From the NCBI GenBank assembly GCA_033764315.1, contig JANRJA010000137.1:32001-96000 (forward strand): a DNA stretch of 64,000 nucleotides, in the 5' to 3' direction. This document shows positions 19,347-29,239 of this stretch, piece after piece. The position numbers and the translations under genes were made by a program. This stretch comes from Oculatellaceae cyanobacterium bins.114 (lineage in GTDB: Bacteria > Cyanobacteriota > Cyanobacteriia > Elainellales > Elainellaceae). Under the pieces are notes generated by a model. The model did no database searches. It saw nothing but the letters and a program-made list of their open reading frames with translations, and was not told the origin of the DNA. Numbering within the stretch: the first letter of the stretch is position 1; each line of letters starts with the position of its first letter.

Positions 19347-22300
19347 TTACTCATCAGGGCTAGATTTTACTGGGATGCGAACGGTGATGATCTTCCAGGA
19401 GTCAACGTCGATGAACTGAGTTGGTTCGCTGGTTGAGGGCGATCGCTCTAACAAATTAGTTGAGGTGAGGCTTGCAAAATCTAGCACTGGGTTTAGCAAG
19501 TCAGATCTTGTCTGTGCCCAACTCAGTTGGGCTGATGTGCCCTGACACTCATAGCCTCTGAGAATCCAGTGGTTTGCGTCATCTTCAGACGGCTTAAAGG
19601 CAGTCAGGATTAGGTTTTCCGCTTCAAGAGTGAGAAATTGCCCCACAGGGGGCAGCGCATCTGACTGAGCCGCAAGCGTGGGATTGAAGATAACGTGCAA
19701 GGGTTGGTTGAGTTCATAGCCCCGATGTACCGTCTGAGCCGTTTGCCAGGTACCCATGTGGGGATAGAGCGCGTAGGTAAACTGGTGCAATCCGCGATCG
19801 GCGTTGGGGTTGGGCCAACTCGCACTCCGCAACAAGGTTAGCCGCAGTTGGGAGGGTTGACTGTCATAGCCGTGTTTACAGTCATTTAATAAGCTGACCC
19901 CATATTCCGCATCACCCAAATCTGCCCATTGTAGGGCGGGTACCTCCCACTTGGCTTTGTCGTGGGGTGTGGTGGGTTGAGTCGGTCGGGCGATCGCCCC
20001 AAAAGGAATCTCGTAGGTGGCGCGATCGCTTGTAATCGTGAGGGGAAATGCCGCTTTCACCATAACGGCTCGTTCTTGCCAATCGACGGTGGTTTCGATC
20101 TTGAGCACGGGTGAATCGGCGGTCAGAATGTAGTCCTGACAAAACTCAGAGTGTCCTAACACCCGTCTGATGCGAATCCGCTGGATAACTGCACCCCATT
20201 CCACCCATTCAATCGAGGTGAGCACCGGATCGGGGAGGGGATGCCGTGCGTAATTAGGATCAATATTCCAGGCATCCCAATATTGACCGCTGTCGCGAAA
20301 AGCTTGCAGTTGGTTGCCCGGAGCACTCAACACGTCACGCTGATGAACCTTATCAAACACACGAGCCAGATTTCCGGTGGTTGGTTCCACCTTGACTCGC
20401 AAATAGTTGTTCTCCATCGTCCACTCGGTTGGGGCGGACGGAGAAGCCAGTGTTTCAGCCTGAATGGGGCATTGACAGAGCCACAGGACTGCATAGCCCA
20501 CTCCCGGAATGCTGGATGTCAGACAGTAGAGAAGATCTGCTTCTAGTTGAGTGGGCAACCATTCTCCACGGGAGGTGCAAATTTGCCACTGATAGCCTGT
20601 TGCTGGGGAGTGGGGTAGAGCGATCGCCACCACGTCTGATCGGTTCCAGGTCAACGGGTTGACGATGAAAATGGGGTAACTGTGGGGCTGAGGAGGTGTT
20701 AGGGAAATGTGAGTTGCGATCGCCTCTAATGAGGTTTTGAGAATCGAAGTTGCTGTTTGCAGGGCGGCTTGCCACTCTCGATTGGCGTCGTCATACACTT
20801 CAGAAATCGCAGACCCCGGCAAAATATCGTGAAACTGATTGAAGAGCACCCGCTTCCACGCTGTTTCTAAGTCCACTTTGGGATAGGTCGCTCCGGTGAG
20901 CAGAGTAGCGATCGAAGCAAAGAGTTCTGCCTGGTAAAGCGATCGCTCACAGCGGCGATTCCACCGTTTTTGGTCAGCATGAGTGGTGTAACAGCCGCGA
21001 TGAAATTCCAGGTAGAGTTCGGTATCCCAAATCGGGAATGGGGAGGTAGAGACGCGATTCATCGCGTCAGTGCCAGGAGAGACACGATTCATCGCGTCAG
21101 TGCCAGGAGAGACACGATTCATCGCGTCAGTACCAGGGAGAGGGGGTGGATTTTGGATTTTGGATTTTGGATTTTGGATTTTGGATTTTGGATTTTGAAT
21201 GTTCTCCAGATATTCTTGTGCCGTAGTAAAGCAAAGTGTCGGAAAAAAAGGCGATTGTTGCCAGCGACGAGCCACCATGAGCATGTCATGGGTAGGCCCA
21301 CCCCCATGATCACCGACTCCGACTAACCATTGGGCGAGTGGAATGCCCGTTTTTGCTTCCCAGGTGGCGGCATAATGCGCCATTTTGACGGGGTCGATGC
21401 TTTCGCCAATGGGGGGTGAGTTAAAGCTGAGAATCTCGCTGCCATCGGGCGATCGCCACTTAAACCACTCATACGGAAACTGGGTAGTGTCATTCCAGCG
21501 CAGCTTTTGAGTGACAAAATAGGTGATTTCGCCTTGAGTTAAGATCTGCGGCAACTGCCAGCAAAACCCAAAACTGTCAGGCAACCAGGCGATCGCACTG
21601 ACTTTTCCAAATTTTTGCTCGGTGTAACGCTGTCCATAAAGTACCTGACGGGCGATCGACTCGCCGCTAACAACGTTAAACTCTGGCTCGACCCACAATC
21701 CGGCGGCAACCTCCCAGCGTTCCTCAGCCACCTGGTGTTGGATAGCCGCGAACAAGTCAGGACGATTGTGTTCAACCCAGTCATATAGAGCTGGGCTAGA
21801 GTGACAAAAGATCAGGTCTGAAAAATCTTGCTGTAGGTGTAGCACGGAGTTAAAGGTGCGTTCCGCTGCATCCCAGGTTTCATCCACCGTCCACAACCAC
21901 GCCAAATCCAGGTGCGCGTGTCCTAACAAGGCGATCTGACGCTGTTTGATCCAGGTGCTCAAGGGTTGCAACTGTTTTCGTAGGTGAGTGAGCGATCGCT
22001 CAAAAGTCAGATAATCCCCTACTGTCGCCCAATCGATGTGCTGGATTGCCTCTGCCAAACTGGGTAACTGGTCAGGGGCAAATTGGCTTAGATAGTGCTG
22101 TAACACGGCTAGCTCATCCGCCACAAAACCCGGCTCAGGGCAAGGATTGACAGATCCATCGGCTCGTTCATAGACACAGAGCGATCGCACCAGTGCCCCA
22201 TCGTCATGACCGGGACTGATTAACCGCAGGGCAATCTCGATGACTTCTCCCGGTTGGGCGGTTTCACTTAAGACAATTCGAGCAGAGGCATCAAAAATAT

Positions 22301-22688
22301 CTCCCGATTGCACCAACGCCCCATTCACAAAAATCTCTGCTAATCTTGCCCACCAAGTCAGGGCTAGCCGCAGTGTCAATCCCTCAAGGGGGTACCCTTG
22401 CAAATCATGAGGAATGACAATTTGTTGTCCTAACCACAAAACCTGCCGACCTTTTGCCCAGGCAACGTGATCGCGGGCATTACACGCACCAATTTCCCAA
22501 GTTTCCCAGGTGGCTGATTGGGTTGCGGTAGCCACAGGCAGATCGCCTAAATGAATACGCCAGTTGGGTTGCACTGAAATTTGAGTGAGCTGACGCAGAT
22601 GGGTGATTGCCACCTCAATAGACTTCACAAGTTGGGAATCAACACTTTCGTCAGAGGAAGTCAAGACGGATGCAACAGAGTCGGTCAT
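19347..22688 (-). CDS. alpha-mannosidase, GH38 family
   Basis: GHAHLDLAWLW, WLPDSFG, GVGDHGGGP, ELYLEFHRG, FNQFHDILPGS. Confidence 0.93.
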   Translation of the reverse strand: MTDSVASVLTSSDESVDSQLVKSIEVAITHLRQLTQISVQPNWRIHLGDLPVATATQSATWETWEIGACNARDHVAWAKGRQVLWLGQQIVIPHDLQGYPLEGLTLRLALTWWARLAEIFVNGALVQSGDIFDASARIVLSETAQPGEVIEIALRLISPGHDDGALVRSLCVYERADGSVNPCPEPGFVADELAVLQHYLSQFAPDQLPSLAEAIQHIDWATVGDYLTFERSLTHLRKQLQPLSTWIKQRQIALLGHAHLDLAWLWTVDETWDAAERTFNSVLHLQQDFSDLIFCHSSPALYDWVEHNRPDLFAAIQHQVAEERWEVAAGLWVEPEFNVVSGESIARQVLYGQRYTEQKFGKVSAIAWLPDSFGFCWQLPQILTQGEITYFVTQKLRWNDTTQFPYEWFKWRSPDGSEILSFNSPPIGESIDPVKMAHYAATWEAKTGIPLAQWLVGVGDHGGGPTHDMLMVARRWQQSPFFPTLCFTTAQEYLENIQNPKSKIQNPKSKIQNPPPLPGTDAMNRVSPGTDAMNRVSPGTDAMNRVSTSPFPIWDTELYLEFHRGCYTTHADQKRWNRRCERSLYQAELFASIATLLTGATYPKVDLETAWKRVLFNQFHDILPGSAISEVYDDANREWQAALQTATSILKTSLEAIATHISLTPPQPHSYPIFIVNPLTWNRSDVVAIALPHSPATGYQWQICTSRGEWLPTQLEADLLYCLTSSIPGVGYAVLWLCQCPIQAETLASPSAPTEWTMENNYLRVKVEPTTGNLARVFDKVHQRDVLSAPGNQLQAFRDSGQYWDAWNIDPNYARHPLPDPVLTSIEWVEWGAVIQRIRIRRVLGHSEFCQDYILTADSPVLKIETTVDWQERAVMVKAAFPLTITSDRATYEIPFGAIARPTQPTTPHDKAKWEVPALQWADLGDAEYGVSLLNDCKHGYDSQPSQLRLTLLRSASWPNPNADRGLHQFTYALYPHMGTWQTAQTVHRGYELNQPLHVIFNPTLAAQSDALPPVGQFLTLEAENLILTAFKPSEDDANHWILRGYECQGTSAQLSWAQTRSDLLNPVLDFASLTSTNLLERSPSTSEPTQFIDVDSWKIITVRIPVKSSPDE
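21048..21137. repeat. 3 x 30-bp tandem repeat inside the mannosidase CDS (encodes PGTDAMNRVS)
   Basis: AGAGAC(G/A)CGATTCATCGCGTCAGT(G/A)CCAGG x3. Confidence 0.92.
21151..21199. repeat. heptamer tandem repeat (TTTTGGA)n, STRR-type, inside the mannosidase CDS
   Basis: Six perfect TTTTGGA units plus TTTTGAA; encodes IQNPKSKIQNPKSKIQ. Confidence 0.95.
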
Positions 22689-22789
22689 CTTTCTACTAAG
22701 ATCGGGGCATTCCCCCTTTTAGGGATGGCGCGGTGCTCTCTGCACTCTACACCAGATTTTGCCGGTCTTTTTCTTTTTGTAGATCCCTC

Positions 22790-24286
22790 ATGTCATCCTC
22801 TAATCCCTATCAAAGTCGCTTGTTTAAGTTTGTTGTGCAACAAACGCGTCAGTTGCGCGATCGCTCTTTGCAAACATGGCGGCAATTTCGGTTAGGAACG
22901 ATTTGGGGAGCACAAATCGCATTGTATCCAATCTATGCAGCGTTTCAAGCCACACGGTTGGTCGGGAAGCAACTGCGCCAGGTCGTGCGCCAGACCGCCC
23001 CCCGATTAAAAGCCGCTCAACGCACGCTGCAAAAGGTGACTCGTGCGCCAGAGCCAACTTCTGAGGTGCAGTCAGACACGCCCATAAAACAAACATTGGC
23101 GGTGGTGCAAGCGTTTGCCTTACCAGTCCTATCAGAGGCGATCGACGAAGCCAATCTTTTGACACCACCCATTCCCTGGACTCAACAATTTCCCACTTTG
23201 GTTCAAACGTTGTTGCTTAAAGTGCCCCCCTTCTCAAGTAGGGCTAGAGGAGATCAAGCGACTGCCCCATCTGCATTGATTCATTCCCCTGGGCAAGAAT
23301 TGGCAACTGTCGAGCCAGATGTTTTGAGTCTGGCTCACGGTATGACTCCAACGGGAAAAGTTGTTTGTATTCCCTCTACTTTGCAAGCGACGGCTGATCA
23401 ACTGGCAATGGTTCAGACCGACCCAATTCGGGGCATTGCGACCCTGCTGACGACCCGCAAGCTCGTATTCATAACCGAACAAAATCACATTCTCGACATT
23501 CTGACCCCCGAACAGGATGACTATTTGCGGCGTTGCATCATTGGGGCGATCGCCAATTATTGGCGTTATTGGCGACAGTTGGCTTTGCCACAACCCTCTC
23601 AATTCAATGCTTTGCCGCCTCTCTCGGCTCGTCCCAATGCTCTGCCCCCAGTGCGATCGTTTTATGAGGTGATGCGGTGGATGCAATATAGCCCTGTGGC
23701 GATCGCGGTTAATCTCTTCAACGAAGCCGTTCTCACCCCAGTTTCTAGCTCTCAAGAGCACTCCACTGACCTTGAAAACCCACATGACCCCTGGGAAGAG
23801 ACAACCCCTGCCTCCAGTCTTACCCAGTTTTTGCAAGGTTGGTTCCGTCAGCAACCCTCTGCCCCAACAAACCCCACGGCTGACTCAACCACAGTTCCTG
23901 CTTTGCCTTCCAGAGCAAAGATGATGTTGCTGGAGGGGTCTCGTCGTATCGTTCCAGCCGTAACCAGGGCTGTCGTGTCGATGAAGACAACTTCTCAAGA
24001 ACTCGTTGCCACCAAGGAGAGGATTGTAACCCAGTCTACCGATCTCGCTGTCTCTGCTGGAACGGGGTCACCCTTGGAACTGACCCCACTTGCTGAGATC
24101 CAGATTCAACCTGCCGATGGGTTACTCAGTCATCGTTCTACTGACAAAGATGCAATTGACATTCAGGCAACGTTGGTGGCTTACGTCAAACATCCGCTGC
24201 AACAGGTATTGGAATGGATTGATCTGGGAATGCTGTGGCTCGAAAAACGAGTGATGCAATTGGTCAGTTGGTTGCGTCGGAGTTAA
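22790..24286 (+). CDS. hypothetical protein (cyanobacterial type, conserved-looking termini with low-complexity linkers)
   Basis: Long ORF; N-terminal YQSRLF and C-terminal YVKHPLQQVLEWIDLGMLWLE; start placed at ATG 22790. Confidence 0.75.
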   Translation: MSSSNPYQSRLFKFVVQQTRQLRDRSLQTWRQFRLGTIWGAQIALYPIYAAFQATRLVGKQLRQVVRQTAPRLKAAQRTLQKVTRAPEPTSEVQSDTPIKQTLAVVQAFALPVLSEAIDEANLLTPPIPWTQQFPTLVQTLLLKVPPFSSRARGDQATAPSALIHSPGQELATVEPDVLSLAHGMTPTGKVVCIPSTLQATADQLAMVQTDPIRGIATLLTTRKLVFITEQNHILDILTPEQDDYLRRCIIGAIANYWRYWRQLALPQPSQFNALPPLSARPNALPPVRSFYEVMRWMQYSPVAIAVNLFNEAVLTPVSSSQEHSTDLENPHDPWEETTPASSLTQFLQGWFRQQPSAPTNPTADSTTVPALPSRAKMMLLEGSRRIVPAVTRAVVSMKTTSQELVATKERIVTQSTDLAVSAGTGSPLELTPLAEIQIQPADGLLSHRSTDKDAIDIQATLVAYVKHPLQQVLEWIDLGMLWLEKRVMQLVSWLRRS

Positions 24287-24294
24287 TTTAGACC

Positions 24295-24810
24295 ATGATA
24301 AATAGCTGCATTGTGGTGCGAAAACCACTCGAAACCGATTGGCAAGAGTTATTAACGCTGCATCAAGCCAGCCAGGAGTTTCATTTTCCTTGGGTGTTTC
24401 CAGCCTTAACAGAAGATGGTTGCAAAGCCTACATTCGGCGGTGCCAAAATGAAGATTTTGAAGGGCTATTGATTTGCCATGCTGAGACTTCTCGCATTAT
24501 TGGGGTTGCCAATCTCAGCCAGATTTTTTATAAATCGTTTCAAAATGCGTACTTGGGCTACTACGGCAGTGTTGAGTATGCGGGACAAGGATTGATGACA
24601 GAAGGACTGCGCTTAGTGGTTAACCATGCCTTTTATATCCTCGGTTTACACCGTTTAGAAGCAAACATTCAGCCTGACAATCAGAGGTCGATTGCCCTGA
24701 TCCGGCGGTTGGGTTTTACCCAAGAGGGATTTTCACGCCGTTATCTCTATATCAATGGGGCATGGCGCGACCATGAACGCTGGGCGGTGACTGTTGAAAA
24801 TTGGATTTAG
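24295..24810 (+). CDS. GNAT acetyltransferase, RimJ/RimL type
   Basis: AYLGYY, AGQGLMTEG, LHRLEANIQPDN, GFTQEG, WRDHE. Confidence 0.9.
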   Translation: MINSCIVVRKPLETDWQELLTLHQASQEFHFPWVFPALTEDGCKAYIRRCQNEDFEGLLICHAETSRIIGVANLSQIFYKSFQNAYLGYYGSVEYAGQGLMTEGLRLVVNHAFYILGLHRLEANIQPDNQRSIALIRRLGFTQEGFSRRYLYINGAWRDHERWAVTVENWI

Positions 24811-24920
24811 CGAGAGTTCTGTATTGAACGCATTCCCTCTACTTTTTCTGGCTGTTGCGGCTTGGGTTTAAGATGAAAGAAGCATTTCATTAAAACAAGC
24901 ACCTTTGCCTGATTTGATTC

Positions 24921-25493
24921 ATGGATATTACAGAGTTTTTTCAACAGAGTGCTGGAAAGTGGCTTTCACAGCGAACGAGTCATAATCTTGCGTCTCAGCA
25001 ATCTGAAAATGGTAAATCTACGGTTCAGATTGAGATGATGCCAAACGATGCGCCTGAGGTGATTAAACTCTGTGAGCTTGGCAATGTTGATCCAGCGATC
25101 GCCTTGTTTGGGGTAAAAATCGCCTGGGATGGCAACATCGACTGGCAAAGCACAAAACAAACTGGCTCTACTCTGCTGGTTCCTGTGCCAGATTTAGACA
25201 AAGCCAATGAAGGTAACCTTTTGCGTAGCCTGGGTTACGCTGAAAAAACTCCTGTTTCAGGTCGCTATAGTGTGGGTAGTGATGATGCCCTCACCCTCAT
25301 CATCGAAACTGAAGCCCTCTATTCTGAAGAACGACTGTGGTTTGCTAGCCCCAATCTGCGATTAAGAACCAGTATTCTCAGGTCGTCGGGTGGCCCTAGT
25401 CTGGCGTCATTTTGTTCAGAGATTCGCATGGGGGTTACTCAACCTCCCGCAGAGTCAACTCCTGCTACTGAGGGTGCCAGTCAAACGAGTTAG
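24921..25493 (+). CDS. cpcS: phycobiliprotein lyase, CpcS/CpeS family
   Basis: [45 protein letters not shown]. Confidence 0.88.
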   Translation: MDITEFFQQSAGKWLSQRTSHNLASQQSENGKSTVQIEMMPNDAPEVIKLCELGNVDPAIALFGVKIAWDGNIDWQSTKQTGSTLLVPVPDLDKANEGNLLRSLGYAEKTPVSGRYSVGSDDALTLIIETEALYSEERLWFASPNLRLRTSILRSSGGPSLASFCSEIRMGVTQPPAESTPATEGASQTS

Positions 25494-25495
25494 GG

Positions 25496-26161
25496 TCAAC
25501 TGCGCTTGAGAGCAAGGGTTAGGCCATCTGCGATCGGCACCAAGCTCAGGCTGATGCGTTCATCGTGATGCAAGCGTTGATTTAGCTCACGCAGGGTTGA
25601 TACGCTCACGTCATCAGGGTTGGGATGGACAACTTCCCCTGACCACAGCACATTGTCGATCGCCATCAACCCACCCGGTCTGAGCAGTTGCAGCACGCGA
25701 TCGTAGTAGTTGAGATAATTGGCTTTGTCGGCGTCGATAAAGGCAAAGTCAATCGTATTGGCGTGTCCTTCGGCTAATAGCTGGTCGAGCGTAGACAACG
25801 CCGGGGCTAAGCGCAGGTCAATCTTATGAGCCACCCCTGCTTCTTGCCAATATCGGTGTGCCACTGAGGTAAACTCTTCGCTGACGTCACAGGCGATGAG
25901 GCGGCCCTGCTCAGGTAATGCTAGGGCGATCGCAAGTGCACTATATCCTGTAAAAACCCCTAACTCCAGAGTTTTAGTTGCACCCATTAATTGCACCAAT
26001 AACGCCATAAATTGCCCTTGCTCTGGCGCAATTTGCATATTGGCATAGGGATGGCGCACCGTTTCTTCTCGCAGCCGCAAGAGAATGTCGGGTTCTCGTA
26101 GCGAAACAGATAATAAGTAATCGTAGAGCGGTTGTGCTAGCCCAATAGTTTTGTTAGACAT
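25496..26161 (-). CDS. class I SAM-dependent O-methyltransferase (CCoAOMT-like)
   Basis: MQIAPEQGQF, ELGVFTGYS, FIDADK, DNVLWSG, ADGLTL. Confidence 0.92.
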   Translation of the reverse strand: MSNKTIGLAQPLYDYLLSVSLREPDILLRLREETVRHPYANMQIAPEQGQFMALLVQLMGATKTLELGVFTGYSALAIALALPEQGRLIACDVSEEFTSVAHRYWQEAGVAHKIDLRLAPALSTLDQLLAEGHANTIDFAFIDADKANYLNYYDRVLQLLRPGGLMAIDNVLWSGEVVHPNPDDVSVSTLRELNQRLHHDERISLSLVPIADGLTLALKRS

Positions 26162-26391
26162 TAGATCTAATGGCAGGTTTACCCACTTTCTAAATCTAGA
26201 CTATAGCAGTCCCTGCTGGGTCAACTATGGGGTGCAGGGCGCAGGTCGCGCGGGTTTCCCCCCCCTCCTTGGTACTAACGGCCTCATCCTGGTTCTATAG
26301 CAGTCCTAAATCACTTGTAAAAAGCCCTGTCATTGGGCATTGAGTCTGTAACTAGGTACTCAAGGCTAAGGACGATTGACGGTCGGGGGAG

Positions 26392-26498
26392 TGGCGGTTG
26401 AAACCGCACCTATCAGAACAAAACCGGCCTCTGCCGGTTTAAAACCCTCAGTCTGCGTAGGCGGACTTCGTTCCAAGAGCCGTGAATTCATTCGCCGG
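26392..26498. repeat. dispersed repeat family C, copy 1
   Basis: GGTTGAAACCGC..CTA..CAAAACC and AGTCTGCG..GGCGGACTTCG..AGCCG(T)GAATTCATTCGC, shared with 39710-39876 and 61490-61736. Confidence 0.8.
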
Positions 26499-26541
26499 TT
26501 TCAGTCCCTATCCTTATTCCTCATTGACTAACCCAACCTGT

Positions 26542-27285
26542 CTATCGCCGCAATTTCTTCAGAAGTCGTTCTGCCTCACCAATTAAATGACGTTTTTGCC
26601 GATAGTGAAATTTAGGCGCACTTTTAAGCTTAAAGATCATCGTTTCTAATAACTGGTGTGCGGCATCAGTGTCTCCTCGTTGAATCTGAATTTTAGCTAG
26701 CATGAGGGGCGTTTCAGGGTGCCCCCAATGTTTTAAGTCTTTCTCTAAGTGAGGTTCTACCGCTTCCCAATCTTCTAGCGCAAATAGGGTTTGTCCATAC
26801 GATAAAGAGGCTTCACCAAATTTGTAGTCTGGCTCTAAGTTGATGAGCGTTTGTAGATAGTCTTTAGCGATCGCAAACTGCTTATTTTGCATGGCGATCG
26901 CTGCCAATCCCCACAGGGCATGAATATTTTTAGGTTCTTTGTCGAGGGCTTGTTGATAAGCTTCAGTTGCCTTATCGAGCATTTTTATCTCGCTCAAGAC
27001 ATTTCCCAAGGTCACATATTGGTGTGCTTTACCAATGTTTCTGACGGCTGCTTCAGCATTCCATAAATCTTGACGTCGTGACCACCGCCGAAAATAAGGG
27101 AAAACGGGTAGGTTGAGATAGGGTAACCGTCGCACTAAAAAATAAAGAACTGCGCCTGGAATATTGAGAAAGATCAAGATAAAAATCCAGGTAGCTTTCT
27201 CAGGATCATTCCGAACACAATCAAAAATCATCAACATCCAGAACCCGGTTGCGACAAACGCCAGAAACTGTATCATCGGTGACAT
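26542..27285 (-). CDS. membrane-anchored TPR protein (two N-terminal TMs, PLDc_N-like)
   Basis: WMLMIFDC...WIFILIFLNIPGAVLYF followed by TPR helices. Confidence 0.82.
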   Translation of the reverse strand: MSPMIQFLAFVATGFWMLMIFDCVRNDPEKATWIFILIFLNIPGAVLYFLVRRLPYLNLPVFPYFRRWSRRQDLWNAEAAVRNIGKAHQYVTLGNVLSEIKMLDKATEAYQQALDKEPKNIHALWGLAAIAMQNKQFAIAKDYLQTLINLEPDYKFGEASLSYGQTLFALEDWEAVEPHLEKDLKHWGHPETPLMLAKIQIQRGDTDAAHQLLETMIFKLKSAPKFHYRQKRHLIGEAERLLKKLRR

Positions 27286-27538
27286 CCTTATTTAACTGAG
27301 TTCGTGCCCCTGAAGTCAGAGAAATCTGATGCAGGCTAATGTGCAATGGTAGGTCTTGATTTGTAAATCACGATTTACAGTTAGGATTCCCAGTTTAGTG
27401 CTCGAAAATGGCGTAAAGATTTATAAAATCACTCGTCAAAGACTTAGAACTGCTATAGGAAGGGTGTTTTTGCCAAACGCTGCAAAACCAGTCCTTCTCA
27501 ACAAGCTGTTCCGTGAGAATTAATTTTTTGAGGAGAAA

Positions 27539-28351
27539 TTACTCAGCGTTCTCAAGGGGAGATTTTTGAATATCTCGTAGATCAGGTAATTCGACTAAAT
27601 CTGCTTTTGCAGCTTGTTGAGGCTCTTCTTGAGCCACTAGCTCTTTCTGGGTTTCTTTGATTTCGAGTGGCAATTGGAGTGGTGTTAATTGTTCGAGCCA
27701 ATGGCTGGCAACTGGGAGCGAGAGTTCTAAGTCATCTAGCGGTCGAGGAATGATAATGATGGCATGGAGTTCTCCGATGCGCTCGGCTTCATGCATTCCC
27801 ACTTCAATGGCGATCGCTACATCTGAAACTCGCCCACGAATAATGGCAGTGCATAAGCCATCTCCAGTCATTTCATAGGCTGCCAGGTTGACATCAGCGG
27901 CTTTGAGCATGGCATCAGCCGCCCCCACCATCGCTGGAAAACCTCGCGTTTCTAACAGCCCGATCGCTTGATTGCTGAGTTTGCTAAAGCCTTGTTGTTG
28001 AACAATTTCAGCCAATCGACTGCTGATCGGTAAGACCACTTCTAAGTTGGGCATGGGGCGTGGAATAATGCTGTGCGATACCAATTGCCCAAACTGCTCA
28101 GCGGTCTCTGCCCCCACCTGAACGGCAATTCGCACATCGGCAATGTTACCTCTAACAACAGCGGTGCAATGGCCACTGCCAATTTTTTCAAACCCAATCA
28201 GAGTGACACCCGATGCTTTTAGCATCGTATCGGCTGTGCCCACGATCGCCGGAAAGCTCTGAGTAGACACCATACCAATCGCACTGCCACTCAAACTAGG
28301 CGATCGCCCATCCCTGGAATTCTGGCTCGCTTTGCTCGGGTTCATCTCCAT
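27539..28351 (-). CDS. ccmO: carboxysome shell protein CcmO (tandem BMC)
   Basis: Two BMC domains; last gene of ccmKLMNO. Confidence 0.93.
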   Translation of the reverse strand: MEMNPSKASQNSRDGRSPSLSGSAIGMVSTQSFPAIVGTADTMLKASGVTLIGFEKIGSGHCTAVVRGNIADVRIAVQVGAETAEQFGQLVSHSIIPRPMPNLEVVLPISSRLAEIVQQQGFSKLSNQAIGLLETRGFPAMVGAADAMLKAADVNLAAYEMTGDGLCTAIIRGRVSDVAIAIEVGMHEAERIGELHAIIIIPRPLDDLELSLPVASHWLEQLTPLQLPLEIKETQKELVAQEEPQQAAKADLVELPDLRDIQKSPLENAE

Positions 28352-28370
28352 GCTGCTCTCCGTTTCCCCA

Positions 28371-29090
28371 TCACTCTGATGCTTGATCTAATGCAGAAGT
28401 CGTTTGGTTCAACGGCTGATTCAGAGCTTGCCGATGAGGAAAGAGAGCGGCCATCATTTGATTGAAAGCATCTAATCCATAAACCTTGGGCTCTTGAGCT
28501 GGATTGGGTTGTGCCGACTGTGATTGTGTCTCTTTAAGGTCAGGTTGGGCAGTTTTGGACGAGCTAGTCGTGGGCGAACTAGTCGTGGGCGAGCTAGTGG
28601 CGGGCACTTCAACATCATCTTGAGAGGCAAAAGATTCGACGACAGCATCTGTCGTCTTCGCTCCATCGCCTCCATTGAGACTATTGTCATTCCCATCAGA
28701 TAGATCGGAGCTTGAGTCAGACCCAGGCAATGCTATCTGTCGGCTGCGATCGCCAATCAGAGACTCTGGAGGGACGACTTGCCCTGCTTCGACACAACCA
28801 TTAAAGATAGTGGTCATTGACCCAATACAGGCATTTGCTCCAATCTTACCATTGCCAACCAGAAGCACACCACTGCCCAAACAGGCATTAGTGTCGATCG
28901 CCAAGATTCCCTCATGGGCATGCAAAATGGAGCCTGCTCCAATCGAGACCCCTGCCGCAATCATAATGCGGGCACCTAAATCGGCTTGAAGTAACACACC
29001 AGGAGCGATCGCTGCACTCGGATGAACAGTCACATCTCCGCTAGTAGAGAAGTGGGGCTGATTCATCAATTGCGGTTGCGGCAATAGCAT
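28371..29090 (-). CDS. ccmN: carboxysome protein CcmN
   Basis: SGDVTVHPSAAIAPGV hexapeptide repeats; C-terminal encapsulation peptide VYGLDAFNQMMAALFPH. Confidence 0.92.
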   Translation of the reverse strand: MLLPQPQLMNQPHFSTSGDVTVHPSAAIAPGVLLQADLGARIMIAAGVSIGAGSILHAHEGILAIDTNACLGSGVLLVGNGKIGANACIGSMTTIFNGCVEAGQVVPPESLIGDRSRQIALPGSDSSSDLSDGNDNSLNGGDGAKTTDAVVESFASQDDVEVPATSSPTTSSPTTSSSKTAQPDLKETQSQSAQPNPAQEPKVYGLDAFNQMMAALFPHRQALNQPLNQTTSALDQASE

Positions 29091-29239
29091 CGCTCAGAGT
29101 TAAAAAGTGGGTCAAAGAAGGAGAATTGAAGACAATCAGCAGAAACTGTAAGGCTAGCAATACGAAAAGCTTAACCTCTCCTTCTCGCAATAATCTCACT
29201 TCAACAGAAGTGATTAATCATGTCTCATCTCCCCAATTC

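Larger units (their letters stand above)
26295..27458. mobile_element. putative non-autonomous element bounded by 18-bp inverted repeats, carrying the TPR gene
   Basis: CTATAGCAGTCCTAAATC (26295) and GACTTAGAACTGCTATAG (27441-27458), 16/18 complementary; no transposase inside. Confidence 0.5.

Noticed and set aside
21048..21137. CRISPR-like array
   Set aside because: Units are contiguous 30-mers with essentially identical intervening sequence, lie inside a CDS, and no cas genes are present.
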